Virus record (IMG/VR): IMGVR_UViG_2917875804_000001
DNA from: a virus
Taxonomy: Duplodnaviria; Heunggongvirae; Uroviricota; Caudoviricetes
Reading direction: 5' to 3' (one strand)
Length of the DNA: 40,512 bases
Under the pieces are notes generated by a model. That model did no database searches and was not told where the DNA came from. It saw nothing but the letters and a program-made list of their open reading frames with translations. This document shows positions 11,522 through 22,570 of this stretch, in pieces (positions within the stretch are counted from its first letter, which is position 1; each line of letters opens with the position of its first letter). A program made the position numbers and the translations under genes.

Positions 11522-13017
11522 TATGCAGACTCCTCTGAATACTGAAGACGGAACTGGTTAACCACGGCAAAGACACGCAACTGGTTAACATAGTCAGGCG
11601 GGAACAGCGTGTTCAGGCGGTTCGGATCGCTGGCATCACGCTCCACAACCAGGTACTGCTTGAACAGTTCGTAGTTTTCCACGATCCCCGCACGCTCGAG
11701 CTGACGGTAGGTTGCCAGCAGTTCCCCTTTGATCACCGCCGGGGTGACAATCGCCTGACCGGGACCAAAGCGGGTACCGTCACTGGCAAGCTTGTGACGC
11801 CCGTACTTACTGGTAATGACGGATTTCAGTTTGCGCAGTACATACGCGCTGGTATGCAGCGTCTCGCTGTCGAGGTAGCTGTTATCCGCAACCCCGTAAG
11901 CGTTTTTCCTGTACGTGGTGACATCACGCTGAATGCGCAGTACCCCGCTTTCGACATACGCCGTTGCCACGCCATGAGACAGCAGGGTCTGTTGTTCGGT
12001 CATCGTGAACCGTTTCCCCTTCGGCGCAGGCAGCATACCCACCAGCTCACCGGTCTGCGTGGGACGTGCCGGATCGTTGCGGATAAACACCGCTGCGCGG
12101 GCGGTACGGCTTGCCGCCAACTCGTCGGCAGGCGTCTGGGTGTCTTTTTCGTACCCCGCCAGGGTAATGTGCTGCTGGTTAAACTGGTCACCTGCGGTCA
12201 CCAGTTCTGACAGCGTGCCGATCTTTGCCGTATACACATGACCATACAGCTGACGCGCATAGCTCCAGCGACCGCTGGTATCGTTCATCTCGGTCACCAG
12301 CGTGTTAACGGAGGCCGTGTCGTTGAACGGCAGGCCGATATAATCAAACGGCTCATCCGCCATTGCAGCTACCGCGCCGGTGAGAACCGGAGCACCCGTT
12401 CCGGCGGTACCCGTCGCCACGGCAATCTGTACGCCCGCTGGCAGCACTTCGCCCCCACCAAAGCCGTAGTAATTGAGGCTGACAGGAATTTCATTCCCGC
12501 AAAGCCCCTTATGACGCGCGGCCAGTGTGACCACGCCTGCCGAAGATGAAGCCGTAAACGGCAGGGTCGGAACGGCATTGATGGCATCCTGGATACTGCT
12601 GGCAATCATCGTGACGTTATCGCCGTTAGTCACCGGTGCCTGCACGCGGGTACGTCCCACATACACATTCACCGTGCCGGTTTCGGTTGCCGCCCCGGTC
12701 ACCGTCAGCGTAACCGTTGCCGCCGCGCCTGTGGATTCAGGAACGGCAATCACATACAGCTCGCCAAACGGGTCAGTCTGGCGATAAGCCTCGACCATAC
12801 GCGCCAGCTGACTTCCCGCACCACAAATCTGGCGTGCATAGTCTGCCGACGGCATCAGTACCAGACTGTTGGCAACAATCTCTGCACCGTTACTGGCATG
12901 ACCAATCAGCAGCGATGCTCCGCTGTCCTGTGCAGTATTCGCCGCCTGGTTATCCATTTCCGCATAAAACAACGGAACCAGCGTATTCGACGGAATGGTG
13001 TTAAAGCTTATCGTCAT
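11521..13017 (-). CDS. Contractile tail sheath protein (Mu gpL-like)
   Basis: 498-aa ORF with N-terminus MTISFNTIPSNTLVPLFYAEMD typical of Mu-like sheath proteins. Confidence 0.85.
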   Translation of the reverse strand: MTISFNTIPSNTLVPLFYAEMDNQAANTAQDSGASLLIGHASNGAEIVANSLVLMPSADYARQICGAGSQLARMVEAYRQTDPFGELYVIAVPESTGAAATVTLTVTGAATETGTVNVYVGRTRVQAPVTNGDNVTMIASSIQDAINAVPTLPFTASSSAGVVTLAARHKGLCGNEIPVSLNYYGFGGGEVLPAGVQIAVATGTAGTGAPVLTGAVAAMADEPFDYIGLPFNDTASVNTLVTEMNDTSGRWSYARQLYGHVYTAKIGTLSELVTAGDQFNQQHITLAGYEKDTQTPADELAASRTARAAVFIRNDPARPTQTGELVGMLPAPKGKRFTMTEQQTLLSHGVATAYVESGVLRIQRDVTTYRKNAYGVADNSYLDSETLHTSAYVLRKLKSVITSKYGRHKLASDGTRFGPGQAIVTPAVIKGELLATYRQLERAGIVENYELFKQYLVVERDASDPNRLNTLFPPDYVNQLRVFAVVNQFRLQYSEESA

Positions 13018-13171
13018 CGGTATTCACCTTTTTATTCACGCGCCGGATATCACCCGCTGCTTCACGGCGCAGCCAGTAGTTGTTCTCGTCAACATTTCGC
13101 CCTTCGGCGGGCAAAAGGTCGCCGCGGGCAGGGTCAGGAACTGACCGCCCTTTAACAGGTTTGACAAACAT
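12995..13171 (-). CDS. Small protein preceding the sheath gene (58 aa by my translation; below ORF-track cutoff)
   Basis: ATG with in-frame ORF MFVKPVKGRSVPDPARGDLLPAEGRNVDENNYWLRREAAGDIRRVNKK...; position matches small conserved genes upstream of Mu-like sheath genes. Confidence 0.3.
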
Positions 13172-13179
13172 GAGGATCC

Positions 13180-13740
13180 TCAGGAAGGAAGGGTTATTTC
13201 GGTGTGATGTTCGATATCGCCGTCAGGCCCGTTACCGGGCTCGAGATAATCAACATCAATCGCCAGCGTTTGCAGTTCATCCAGACTGTTCAGATCATCC
13301 TGCTGGCGGGTATCGTCTTCGGTCAGCTCGCTGATGACCGAAAAATCGAACTGATAAATCAGCTCATGACGATTAAGATCCAGCAGCGTGCCGCCGTCAT
13401 AGGTAATCGGGTTACCGCACGCTTCCGGGTTCCAGCCCAGCAGGGCCTTAAAGAGCATCTGCCGGACATCGTCCACCACATCATACGAAGCAAACTGACC
13501 GCGCTCATCACGCCCGTTACTCAGTATGACAATCACGGAGAAGCCCTCTTTCAGCTCCTGCCAGTAGTCGGTCTGGCTTTTGTTTTCTCCCGGAGAGTCA
13601 TCACCCGGTACCACATACGCCGCCGGGAGTCTCAGCTTTCCGACCTCCGGCAGATTTTTGAACTGTGCCGCGCCTGCCACCCGGTTTTCAAAATACGGGC
13701 AGCGGGCACGCAGCGCAGCAATAACAGGCGTCAGTTTCAT
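13180..13740 (-). CDS. Tail-associated protein (Mu gp36/37-like; possible tail terminator or completion protein)
   Basis: 186-aa ORF between the head-tail joining genes and the sheath. Confidence 0.45.
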   Translation of the reverse strand: MKLTPVIAALRARCPYFENRVAGAAQFKNLPEVGKLRLPAAYVVPGDDSPGENKSQTDYWQELKEGFSVIVILSNGRDERGQFASYDVVDDVRQMLFKALLGWNPEACGNPITYDGGTLLDLNRHELIYQFDFSVISELTEDDTRQQDDLNSLDELQTLAIDVDYLEPGNGPDGDIEHHTEITLPS

Positions 13741-14243
13741 CTGCGTCGTCGCTCCGGCTTCAGTGATTTACGTAATTCCCGCGCCAGAAAATAGCGTGTC
13801 CAGCTGCGGTTCTTTTCAAGAGTTTCCACCATAAAGTTATTACGTGGAGCCAGCCGCCAGCCGCTGCCACCGGATGCACCACGATGATGACTACGACGAC
13901 GTTTTGCTCCTCCCCGGACACCAAAAAACAGAAACGCCGGATAGAAGTCACCAGAGATCATCCGGTTCCCCTTCCCGTTGCGCTGGTTAGGGGCAATGCG
14001 TGTCATAAAACCGGCTCGCTTTTTACTGGCTCTCGGCACCATGTAACCAATCGAACGAGCCAGGCGTCCGGTCTGATAACCGGGGTTTTCACCCGGTGCC
14101 GACCGCGCACGGCGCATCACCAGCCGACGGGCATCACGCATATGACGCTGCCCAATCGTGACAAACGCCCGCCGGACACGGGCGCGGTTAAAGCGCATCT
14201 CCGCGGGCTGCTGAACATCAACGTGAAAAAAGGGAGTCGCCAT
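13737..14243 (-). CDS. HK97 gp10-family virion morphogenesis/tail-component protein
   Basis: 168-aa Arg-rich ORF in the head-tail joining block. Confidence 0.5.
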   Translation of the reverse strand: MATPFFHVDVQQPAEMRFNRARVRRAFVTIGQRHMRDARRLVMRRARSAPGENPGYQTGRLARSIGYMVPRASKKRAGFMTRIAPNQRNGKGNRMISGDFYPAFLFFGVRGGAKRRRSHHRGASGGSGWRLAPRNNFMVETLEKNRSWTRYFLARELRKSLKPERRRR

Positions 14244-14628
14244 TGCTGCCTCCGTGACTCTGCGTAAATTCGCCCAGTTCCGTACACTCCAGCAGCAGAA
14301 AGCGCCGCGCCCCGTTCAGATCGCGCTGACGTTTCACCCGGTACACACTGTCATCACAGACCACCTCATAATCAGCAGTGATCCCCCGGCGGTAGCGAAT
14401 GGTGATGTAATGGGTGATGGCATCTCCGGTCTGCGCGGTTTCCTGCCAGGTGGTGGCACTGGTCTGGATAACCTTCGCCCATGCCCGGAACGCAACCGGG
14501 TATTGAGGCTCCACGCCAAAGTTATCCGCGGGCATATCCACCCGCAGGCGAATCAGGACGCGTTTATTCAGTTCACCGGGGTCCGGCAGAATGTAGGTTG
14601 CGCTGGTCTGCGCCTGACGAATTTTCAT
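14218..14628 (-). CDS. Head-tail adaptor / head closure protein
   Basis: 136-aa ORF following the gp6-like connector. Confidence 0.6.
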   Translation of the reverse strand: MKIRQAQTSATYILPDPGELNKRVLIRLRVDMPADNFGVEPQYPVAFRAWAKVIQTSATTWQETAQTGDAITHYITIRYRRGITADYEVVCDDSVYRVKRQRDLNGARRFLLLECTELGEFTQSHGGSNGDSLFSR

Positions 14629-14948
14629 TGCGGAAAGTACCTGTACGGGCCGACAAGCCAGCCAAAACTCTGCGGCATGTCGAGTTTCTCCACTTCCGTA
14701 ACCGACGAGCGGTTTTCGTAAAAATGGCTGATAAGCATCAGCATCCCCAGACGAATATCATCCGGCAGGTGCAGCCCGTCCGGATCGCTGTCCGGAATGG
14801 TTTCATCCGGTGCATAGAGCTTCCGGTTCAGATACGTTTCCGTCCGCTTTTGTGCCGCACATGCCAGCAGTTGCAGATGGCGGTCATCAGTATCGAAATC
14901 CTCATCCAGCCGGAGTTGGGCTTTAATCTCTTCCATTGTCAGAAGCAT
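14625..14948 (-). CDS. Head-tail connector protein (phage gp6-like)
   Basis: 107-aa ORF with N-terminus MLLTMEEIKAQLRLDED...LQLLACAAQKRTETYLNRKL typical of gp6-like connectors. Confidence 0.7.
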   Translation of the reverse strand: MLLTMEEIKAQLRLDEDFDTDDRHLQLLACAAQKRTETYLNRKLYAPDETIPDSDPDGLHLPDDIRLGMLMLISHFYENRSSVTEVEKLDMPQSFGWLVGPYRYFPQ

Positions 14949-14950
14949 AC

Positions 14951-15151
14951 TCAGCCCTCTTTACTGGTCGTGGCTTTTTTCTCTTTTGCCGCTTTACTGC
15001 TTTTTGCACTGATTCCGCGCTCTGCTAACCCGGCCTGAAGTGCAATCTCCTGCACCCGGGCAGGAAGCGCCCCGTCGTCATACTCACCGGCCCGAATGAC
15101 CTCAACACGCATACCGTCCGGTGACCATTTCAGATCTTGTTTCAGGATCAT
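14951..15151 (-). CDS. Small hypothetical head-module protein
   Basis: 66-aa ORF between major capsid and connector genes, co-oriented. Confidence 0.4.
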   Translation of the reverse strand: MILKQDLKWSPDGMRVEVIRAGEYDDGALPARVQEIALQAGLAERGISAKSSKAAKEKKATTSKEG

Positions 15152-15200
15152 GATTCTTCACCCGTCAGAACAGGGGGCGCGGTTCCGCGCCCCTGAGTGA

Positions 15201-16405
15201 TTACGCCGCTGCAATCTTCAGCAGTTTGATGGCCTGAGAATCGACCAGCATCCCGCCGGTGCGCTTGGTGGTATAAAAACCGACAAACGGTTTATTGGTG
15301 TACGGGTCACGCAGAATGCGGGTGCCGATACGGTCAACGATGGTGTAACCCCGTTTGAAGTTACCAAATGCAATGGCTTTCGCATCAGCGGCGATATCCG
15401 GCATCTGTTCGTTTTCAGCGATACCGTAACCCGCCAGAGAGGACGGCTGCCCCAGTTCCAGCCCCGGACGCCACAGATAGTTACCCTCGGTGTCTTTCAG
15501 CAGACGGATGGCAAACAGGCTGTTGTTGTTCATCATGAACTTCGCGCCAGTGCGGTGTGCCTTACGCAGCGTGTAAATCAGTTTGATAATGGCGTCTGCG
15601 GTCACCGCGGTCGCTTCGCCGGATACAATATGCTGAAGTTTGCCGAACGCCCGGACCTTGTCGGTTTCATCAGTGGATTCATACGCCAGGAACCCTTTCG
15701 GCTTCTTGGTGCCATCGCCTGAGGTAAAGGCAATTTCTTCCTGTTCGGCAAATTCGGTTGCCAGCTCGCTGTTGATCCAGGCCTCCACGTTGAAGAAGGC
15801 ATCGTCCAGCATTTTCTGGGTGGCCTGCGGGTTACCGTAGATTTCCCCCATGAAAGGTTCAATCAGTCCCAGTTTTGAGGTGGCAGTCTGGGAACGCGCG
15901 TCAGTCTCGCCCACCCATCCGGAAGCCGTACCGCCCAGATTCACCAGTTTTTTGTAGTCGGAACCGCCAACGGTGATCACAGTGGCTTCCTGACGCATCA
16001 CCACTTCATCTTTCAGCAGGTTAAGAATGTTGCGATCCAGTTCTTCCGGCACGGCGTAGCACCGTCTTCATCGGTACCCACCTGCAATGCCTTACGCTCC
16101 AGATCGCGCAGACCGTCTTCACGGCCTTTACGCAGGAAGCCCACAAACGCCTCTTTATGCTCGGTGGCCAGTTTATTTTGCGCTCCACCTGCCGGACGTT
16201 TCAGCTCAAGCAGCTCTTTTTCAAGGTCGCTTTTGAGATTTTCCAGCTCGCTGAGTTTCCCGTTCAGGGTTTCCACCTGCCCGGCAAGCTTGCCTTTTTC
16301 CTGCTCAATCGCATCCACACGCTTGTCGTTCTTTGCTTTGAAGTCGTCAAACTTCTGCTGCAGCTCCTGCGCGACCTGTTCGACATCTTTAATATCAACC
16401 GTCAT
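15201..16405 (-). CDS. Major capsid protein, HK97 family, split by an apparent -1 frame change near 16030-16050
   Basis: N-terminal coiled-coil delta-domain ORF (16013..16405) and C-terminal ORF (15201..16052) overlap in different frames. A one-base gain in the ggtgctacgcc region would give ...DGGYAVPEELD..., a typical HK97-fold motif. Confidence 0.8.
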
Positions 16406-16419
16406 CGTATTTCTCCTGA

Positions 16420-17070
16420 TTAGAAGTTCAGATTTTTCAGTGCATTCAGTGCAGAGCCCACATCCTCAGCGTCGCGCAGGGACAGTGCGCCATAGCCCCC
16501 AGCCATGAATGCTTTGGCCTGGGTACGGGAGAGTCCGACATCACGCAGGACTCTTTCGATTTTTTTCTGTTCGGGGATTTCCCCGCGGGCCAGTGCGTTC
16601 TTGACGTCGCTGATCCGCGCCTCGTCGTTAGACGGGAACGTCACCAGACTGACTTCCCAGAGGTCGATTTCTTTCAGCAGAAAGGCTTCTTTGCTCCGGT
16701 CGTATTCCCAGTCTTTCAGGACGTACCCAATAGAAAGGCCGGTTAACGAACCGGCCTTCATGTGTGCATGTGCGCGTTTTGCCAGGGGATCATCATCAAT
16801 GAGCAACCGCCCCCTGACGTAAAGCCCGACATCGTCTTCCTTCATTTCGGTGTAAACACCGATGGGCTCATCCATGCGGTGCTGCCAGAGCAGCGCAGGT
16901 AACGCTTTTCTGTCACTCCACGCCCGCAGTGAAGCGGCAAATGCCCCTGACATCACCACATCATCGTGGCTGTCCTTTACACCAAAGACGGAGCCATACC
17001 CTTCAAACTCACCGGAGTCACTGACAGATTTCAGACTCAGCGGTACATCAAGACGTTGTTTCGTCTGCAT
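16420..17070 (-). CDS. Prohead protease (HK97-type, peptidase U35 family); track ORF extends to 17106
   Basis: 228-aa ORF between portal and capsid; start ambiguous because the upstream part overlaps the portal gene. Confidence 0.75.
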   Translation of the reverse strand: MQTKQRLDVPLSLKSVSDSGEFEGYGSVFGVKDSHDDVVMSGAFAASLRAWSDRKALPALLWQHRMDEPIGVYTEMKEDDVGLYVRGRLLIDDDPLAKRAHAHMKAGSLTGLSIGYVLKDWEYDRSKEAFLLKEIDLWEVSLVTFPSNDEARISDVKNALARGEIPEQKKIERVLRDVGLSRTQAKAFMAGGYGALSLRDAEDVGSALNALKNLNF

Positions 17071-18289
17071 TGGCGTTATCCTTCTGCTTACCGGCTTTAC
17101 TGCCATCGGAGGGTTTCGTGGTCATGTTCATCGGTGTGAGATAGACATCACCACCGGGACGCGGATTCATATCTTCCAGGTCGCGGCAGTCATTGGGAGA
17201 GTAAATTCCCCAATTGATCCCGGTAGCGTAGGCTTCAAAACGGGACTTCATATCCCCGCGCAGTAAGGCCCCGGCGTTAAATTTGGCGTAATAAACGCCC
17301 TGCTTACTTTTTCGTACCAGTCCGGCGTTGATCCGCTGCTCAATGCGGGTCAGATACGGCACCAGTGAATAGTTGATAAATCCCAGCCCCAGCTCTTCGA
17401 TATTGTTGAAGGTGGCGCGATCGGTGTTCTGCACCATGTGCAATGGCACCCGGAACAGACGACAGATTTCTTCAAGCTGAAACTTGCGGGTTTCCAGGAA
17501 CTGGCTGTCCTCGGCGTTCAGCGCCATCGACTTCCAGTCCAGCCCCATCTCAAGGATCATCGGGCGGTGAGCATTGCCAAGCCCGGTGTGACGCTCCTCA
17601 AAATCTTTCTTCAGGCGCTCGTAAGCCTGATCTGACAGCGTCTGCTCTGTACGCAACACACCCGACGTCACCGCACCATTGCTGAACAGTCTGGCCCCGT
17701 GCTCTTCGGTCGCTGCCGCCAGCGATATTGCCTCGCGGGCATAGGCGATGGGATTCAGCCCCACCAGTCCGTCCAGCGTCAGCGTGCGCACATGCCAGAT
17801 ATCTTCCTGGCTCAGCACATCCGTGGAGCCGTCCGGGAATGTGACCTGATAGACCGGCTCCCAGCTACTGTTAAGCTTCGGTACCACACAGCCGGGATCG
17901 ACGGGCAGCAGTTCAGCCACTTCGCCAAATGCTTTCACTTTGTAGGCGTAAAAGTTTCCCCGCAGGCACAGACAGGTGACCACCAGCTCCCAGAACTCCT
18001 GCGGCGTCATATAGCTATTGGGATGCGTGGAAATCAGCTTATGCAGACGTTCGCCGGTGGCTCTCTGTTTCAGGTTGCCGTTCAGGTGATACAGGTTGCA
18101 GGGCAACATCCCGACCGACTCTGCCAGCACCCTGACGCAGGAAAAAACCGCCGTCAGTCGCATGGCCCGCTGACTGCTGATCTGCTTTCCGGTATAGGTG
18201 TCGTAGGACAGCCCGATAGCGTCCGCCAGCTCTGCTGGCGTGGTCACCGGTGCGTCACTTTTTCGTTGAAATAATCCCGAAAAGAACAC
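17048..18289 (-). CDS. Portal protein (HK97 family)
   Basis: 413-aa ORF following TerL, conserved order. Confidence 0.85.
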   Translation of the reverse strand: MFFSGLFQRKSDAPVTTPAELADAIGLSYDTYTGKQISSQRAMRLTAVFSCVRVLAESVGMLPCNLYHLNGNLKQRATGERLHKLISTHPNSYMTPQEFWELVVTCLCLRGNFYAYKVKAFGEVAELLPVDPGCVVPKLNSSWEPVYQVTFPDGSTDVLSQEDIWHVRTLTLDGLVGLNPIAYAREAISLAAATEEHGARLFSNGAVTSGVLRTEQTLSDQAYERLKKDFEERHTGLGNAHRPMILEMGLDWKSMALNAEDSQFLETRKFQLEEICRLFRVPLHMVQNTDRATFNNIEELGLGFINYSLVPYLTRIEQRINAGLVRKSKQGVYYAKFNAGALLRGDMKSRFEAYATGINWGIYSPNDCRDLEDMNPRPGGDVYLTPMNMTTKPSDGSKAGKQKDNANADETTS

Positions 18290-18471
18290 TATTTACCTCC
18301 GCCGACAGACGACTGTGTACGGTCGAGATATCGCGCCACCAGCCACGACCAGAACAGGCACAACGCCCCGGCAACAACAAACCCCGCCGGGGGATAAATC
18401 AGCCAGGCACCATACGCCAGCAAAAGCGCCCCCAGCACGCCCACCAGAGGCGCGAGAATCAGCATGATCAT
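18289..18471 (-). CDS. Small hydrophobic hypothetical protein between TerL and portal
   Basis: 60-aa ORF, strongly hydrophobic. Confidence 0.3.
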
Positions 18472-18482
18472 AATTACCTCAG

Positions 18483-20216
18483 TTAAAGCGAGCGGATCCC
18501 ATAGGACTCAATGTGGTCAGACAGCGTGTCTTCTTTCTCGTACAGCATGGCTCTGCCAACCGCCATAATCAGCGCAACTGCACCATCGATTTTGTTTTCC
18601 GCCTGCTCTTTGACGGGCTTCACCACATCATCGTTACCCGGAATGGTTTTGCCGACCACGTTGCCGATACACCAGGTCATGATGGGATTGCCATCATGAT
18701 GAAAGCGCCCCGATTCAATTGCCGCTTCCAGCTCTTTCATCGGGTCGGACATGTTGGTGTAGTTCTGAATGATAGTGATGGGGTTCAGGTCTTCATCAGC
18801 AAGGTCATGTGACAACCCGGTCGCCCCGAAGGGGTCAATGGGTGACTCACTGACCGGGCTGATTTTGTTCGCCGCTTTGGCCTCTTCGAGGATGTAGCGA
18901 TAATCCACCTCTGCACCATCGGTAACGGTCAGAACGCCCATTTCCACCCATTTCTGAAAGCGTTCGGCTGTCCGGCGATCTTCATTTTTCTCGACGCTGT
19001 ACACCGTGTCATACGGTACCCAGAAACGCGGGGCCACACTGTAGTAATGCGTTTTACCGTCAATCTCGCGGGTATAAAGTCGCGCCATGCTGTTCATATC
19101 CAGCTTACGCGCCAGGTCAAAAGCCAGAATGCACGGCTGCCCCTCGAACTGCTCAAGGGTCAGTGATTTATCCTCGCAGCTCTGCCAGCTCACCAGGTTG
19201 AAATACGCCGAACGCGCCGACACCCAGATATTGAGGTGTTTTGTTTTAAAGACGTTTGCCAGACGGGCGTTATTTTTCGCACGCTGCTGCTGGCTTAACA
19301 AAAACTCGCGATAAACCGACACACCGATATTCGGGTTAGCTTTTTCAAGTACCTGCGGGTCGGTCCAGTCGTCGCCTTCGTCAACGGTATAGATGATCCC
19401 GAACAGTTCATCGTTGGGCACCGAGCCGTTGAGCATCTCGATGACTTCCCGCCGTTTGTCGTAGCACGGCCCCTCAATGTTGTACCCGGCGGTGGTAATG
19501 GCCCACATCAGTGGCTGGCGTCGCGCCCCCATCCCGGTAAGCATCGTGGTGTAAAGCGCATCTGTGGCGTGCTCGTGATATTCATCCACCACGGCACAGT
19601 GGGGTGATGAACCATCACCGGGGTTACCGATCAGCGGTTCAAACCGCGCACCATCCTCCGGACGGTTCATGTTTGAGGCGTTAACCTCAATCCCGAACGC
19701 TTCCGTCAGCATGGGTGTGCGTTTACACATCAGTCGTGCCGGACGAAAGACTTCCCATGCCTGTTTCTCCGTCGTGGCACCGGAATACACTTCCGCGCCG
19801 AACTCGTTATCACAGGCAAAACAATACAGGGCAACACCGGCAGAGATTGCTGATTTGCCGTTCTTACGGGGAATTTCGGTATACACCTCCCGGAAGCGGC
19901 GCAACCGGGTGCCTTTATTGACCCAGCCAAACGCACAGCAGATCACAAATAGCTGCCACGGCTCCAGCGTGATGGGCATCCGTTTAAATGCCCACTCACC
20001 CTTGGTGTGCGGCAACAGCTGAATAAATTTGGCGGCCCGTTCAGCCAGGTCCTTGTCGAAGCGGTAACGAAACGACTTACTTTTTTCCGCCATCAGGTCA
20101 TCAAGATGGCGCTGGCAGGCCTGAATCACAAACTGGCAGGCAACAATCTTTCCGCGCACGACATCCCGGGCATACTGATTTGCAGCATTTACGTTGGGGT
20201 AAGATTTCCGGCTCAT
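18483..20216 (-). CDS. Terminase large subunit
   Basis: 577-aa ORF in canonical TerS-TerL-portal order. Confidence 0.9.
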
Positions 20217-20716
20217 GATTCGATAATTTTCAGAAACGGGTTAGTGGCTTTCTTCTGCCCCGCCAGGCCAATCAGACGCTGGCGGCTGCTGGGGTCGAGT
20301 CCGAGCATTGCCCCCGTACTGCTCATCTCGGACTCCTGTTCTTTTTTGGCGGTCAGCTCCGGATTTTTGACCATGCCGCCCATTGCACCGGTGATGGTGT
20401 TGCCCTGTCTGGCAATATTTTTCACAGCACGTCGCCAGAACTCATAGGCTACGCACCACCGCTCAAGCACTGCGAGGTCAGTCACGCACAGCAGGCCCTG
20501 ACCGCAGAGTTCTTTGGTTGTCAGTTGCCACATGATCGTGGCGAGAGGGAGCTCTTCTTCAGCGAACCACTCCGGTGGCTCAACACCTTTGATGGGCGTA
20601 AAAACGGGTTCATCTTTGTTCAGGGCTCGCTTGCCGGGGTTTCCGGCCAGCGCCTTGCGCGCCGTTGGCTTGGGGCGACGCCCGGAACGCCCCGCCGTTC
20701 CAGCCATATGCGGCAC
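20213..20716 (-). CDS. Terminase small subunit (P27 family)
   Basis: N-terminal [25 protein letters not shown] motif; overlaps the TerL start. Confidence 0.7.
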   Translation of the reverse strand: MPHMAGTAGRSGRRPKPTARKALAGNPGKRALNKDEPVFTPIKGVEPPEWFAEEELPLATIMWQLTTKELCGQGLLCVTDLAVLERWCVAYEFWRRAVKNIARQGNTITGAMGGMVKNPELTAKKEQESEMSSTGAMLGLDPSSRQRLIGLAGQKKATNPFLKIIES

Positions 20717-20831
20717 TCCTGGTTAAATTTCATTTTTCGCGGGTATAAAAAAACGATGGGGCGGGCAGTCCTGAAGGCGTCAGGTCACAGGGATTTGACC
20801 CGCCCTCCCCTCTGGCAGTGGGAACTGGTTC

Positions 20832-21182
20832 TTACTTCAGCCGTTCACGGGCCGTCTTCGCCTTATGACACGGCCAGCACAGGCTCTGCAGATTGCTGTC
20901 TGAATCTGTGCCGCCATGCGCTTTAGGAATGATGTGGTCAACGGTTTTCGCCTCGCGCACCACACCAGCACGCAGACACAACTGACATAAACCTTTGTCA
21001 CGTTTCAGCACACGCGCGCGGATAACGTCCCACTTCGAACCATAACCGCGCTGATGACGGGATTGTCCTGGCTTGTATTGCTTCCAGCCTTCGCTTTTGT
21101 GGCTTTCGCAGTAGCCTGACGGGTCTGTGGTGGTATGGCGGCAGCCACGAACACGGCAGGCTCTGGGGATTAAGGCAGGCAT
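20832..21182 (-). CDS. HNH endonuclease (packaging-associated)
   Basis: Cys/His-rich 116-aa ORF with ...VDHIIPKAHGGTDSDSNLQSLCWPCHKAK; placed directly upstream of TerS as in HK97-like phages. Confidence 0.8.
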   Translation of the reverse strand: MPALIPRACRVRGCRHTTTDPSGYCESHKSEGWKQYKPGQSRHQRGYGSKWDVIRARVLKRDKGLCQLCLRAGVVREAKTVDHIIPKAHGGTDSDSNLQSLCWPCHKAKTARERLK

Positions 21183-21455
21183 GATAAATCGACTCGTTTA
21201 ACTCTTCTCTGTCTACAACGCAAATCACAAACTCCGCATTCTTCCCTCCATTAAAACTGAATATTGAAGAGGGATTATGAAAAAAGATTATTTAATCAAT
21301 CTGATAATCAATATCTTACTTAAGATGATAATAAAGCTTTGCGCAAATTGGATATTGGAACACTTCCACATATGGTTGAACCATCTGCTGTCTTACATGA
21401 GCTGACACTGTTCATCCGCACACGAGTGGTGTGGTAGGCATATTGATTCGAGCGC

Positions 21456-21953
21456 TTATGAATGCAGCCCGGGTATTGTGAGCTGCAGCTGGGTAGCCAG
21501 GTTACTAATTTCAGCCATCAGAACTGGCTTGGTGTAACGCCAAGCAGCCAGTCCCTGCCCGCAAAAGCTCGCCATATCTTTCTTCTGATCAAACTCGTGA
21601 CACTTCATATTGAGCTGTGCACTTAAGCTGCTGCGATTCTGAAGCTCTCCAGTGAAGTAGTCATCGAGGACTTTATAGGCTGCATATTTAAATCCAGGGT
21701 TTAGCCATGCTGCGTAATCATAAGCAACGAACTTTCCTCCATAAGTTCCACCGTGTACACCGCGTTCCGTAAAAACCACAGATTCGTGGTTTTTCTCCAG
21801 CTCGGCTAAGAACTCTTTGGTCTGCTTGTTTCTCAGGTAGTGGTACGGCGATTCAGATTCACTTTTACCACTAGCTTTCCACATGTCAGTGAGGCAGATC
21901 ATTCCTGATTCATCAACACGGATCGGTGTATTAAAAAGCGTGATTGCTTTCAT
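21456..21953 (-). CDS. KilA-N domain protein
   Basis: Internal start MKAITLFNTPIRVDESGMICLTDMWKASGK matches the KilA-N N-terminal domain. Confidence 0.6.
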   Translation of the reverse strand: MKAITLFNTPIRVDESGMICLTDMWKASGKSESESPYHYLRNKQTKEFLAELEKNHESVVFTERGVHGGTYGGKFVAYDYAAWLNPGFKYAAYKVLDDYFTGELQNRSSLSAQLNMKCHEFDQKKDMASFCGQGLAAWRYTKPVLMAEISNLATQLQLTIPGLHS

Positions 21954-22144
21954 AGCGCTTTTACCTTTTAGAAAATTGAGCCTGTCCCACAGAAAAGCCG
22001 CCCCGAGATGGTCGCCACCATATACGGCAGTTCTCAGGCTCAACTTTCTGAAAGGCTCGGGTGATAATGTGCGCGTGGGGTGCGCGGTGAAATTCAGATA
22101 TGAAAAAGCCCCGCTAAAAGCGAGGCCATAAATCACTTAATATC

Positions 22145-22570
22145 TTATTGAGGACGCTGGAGTAATCCGTGCTGAGCGAGAGTTAGAGCAATGTCATAAG
22201 ACCCTTGCCTGTCTTTATAGCAAGTTTTATCAACTAGCTCAGCTTTGCTAATTCCGGGTAAATCAAGAATCAGATTCGCAACTTCAATTGCCCTTTGGTA
22301 CAACTTACCGCCCTTTTTCTCCCCATGCAGTGGTTTTACATTCTTGAGGTAACCGCTATCCGCCAGGGCGAGAAATGTTGCCCTTGGGCATATCTTCTTT
22401 CTTGACGATTCGCTTTCTGTAACCTCTGCGACAGCTGCATCCCATGCATCACGAGGAGGCATTGAGCTATCAGCAACCAAATGATAAGCGATTAAAGCGG
22501 CGCGCGCGTATTGAGACATAATGCATCCATATACAAAAATCTCATGATAAGACTTTTCTAATATGAACAC
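22145..22570 (-). CDS. Hypothetical protein (between lysis cassette and KilA-N gene)
   Basis: 141-aa ORF, co-oriented with late genes; no family recognised. Confidence 0.4.
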   Translation of the reverse strand: MFILEKSYHEIFVYGCIMSQYARAALIAYHLVADSSMPPRDAWDAAVAEVTESESSRKKICPRATFLALADSGYLKNVKPLHGEKKGGKLYQRAIEVANLILDLPGISKAELVDKTCYKDRQGSYDIALTLAQHGLLQRPQ

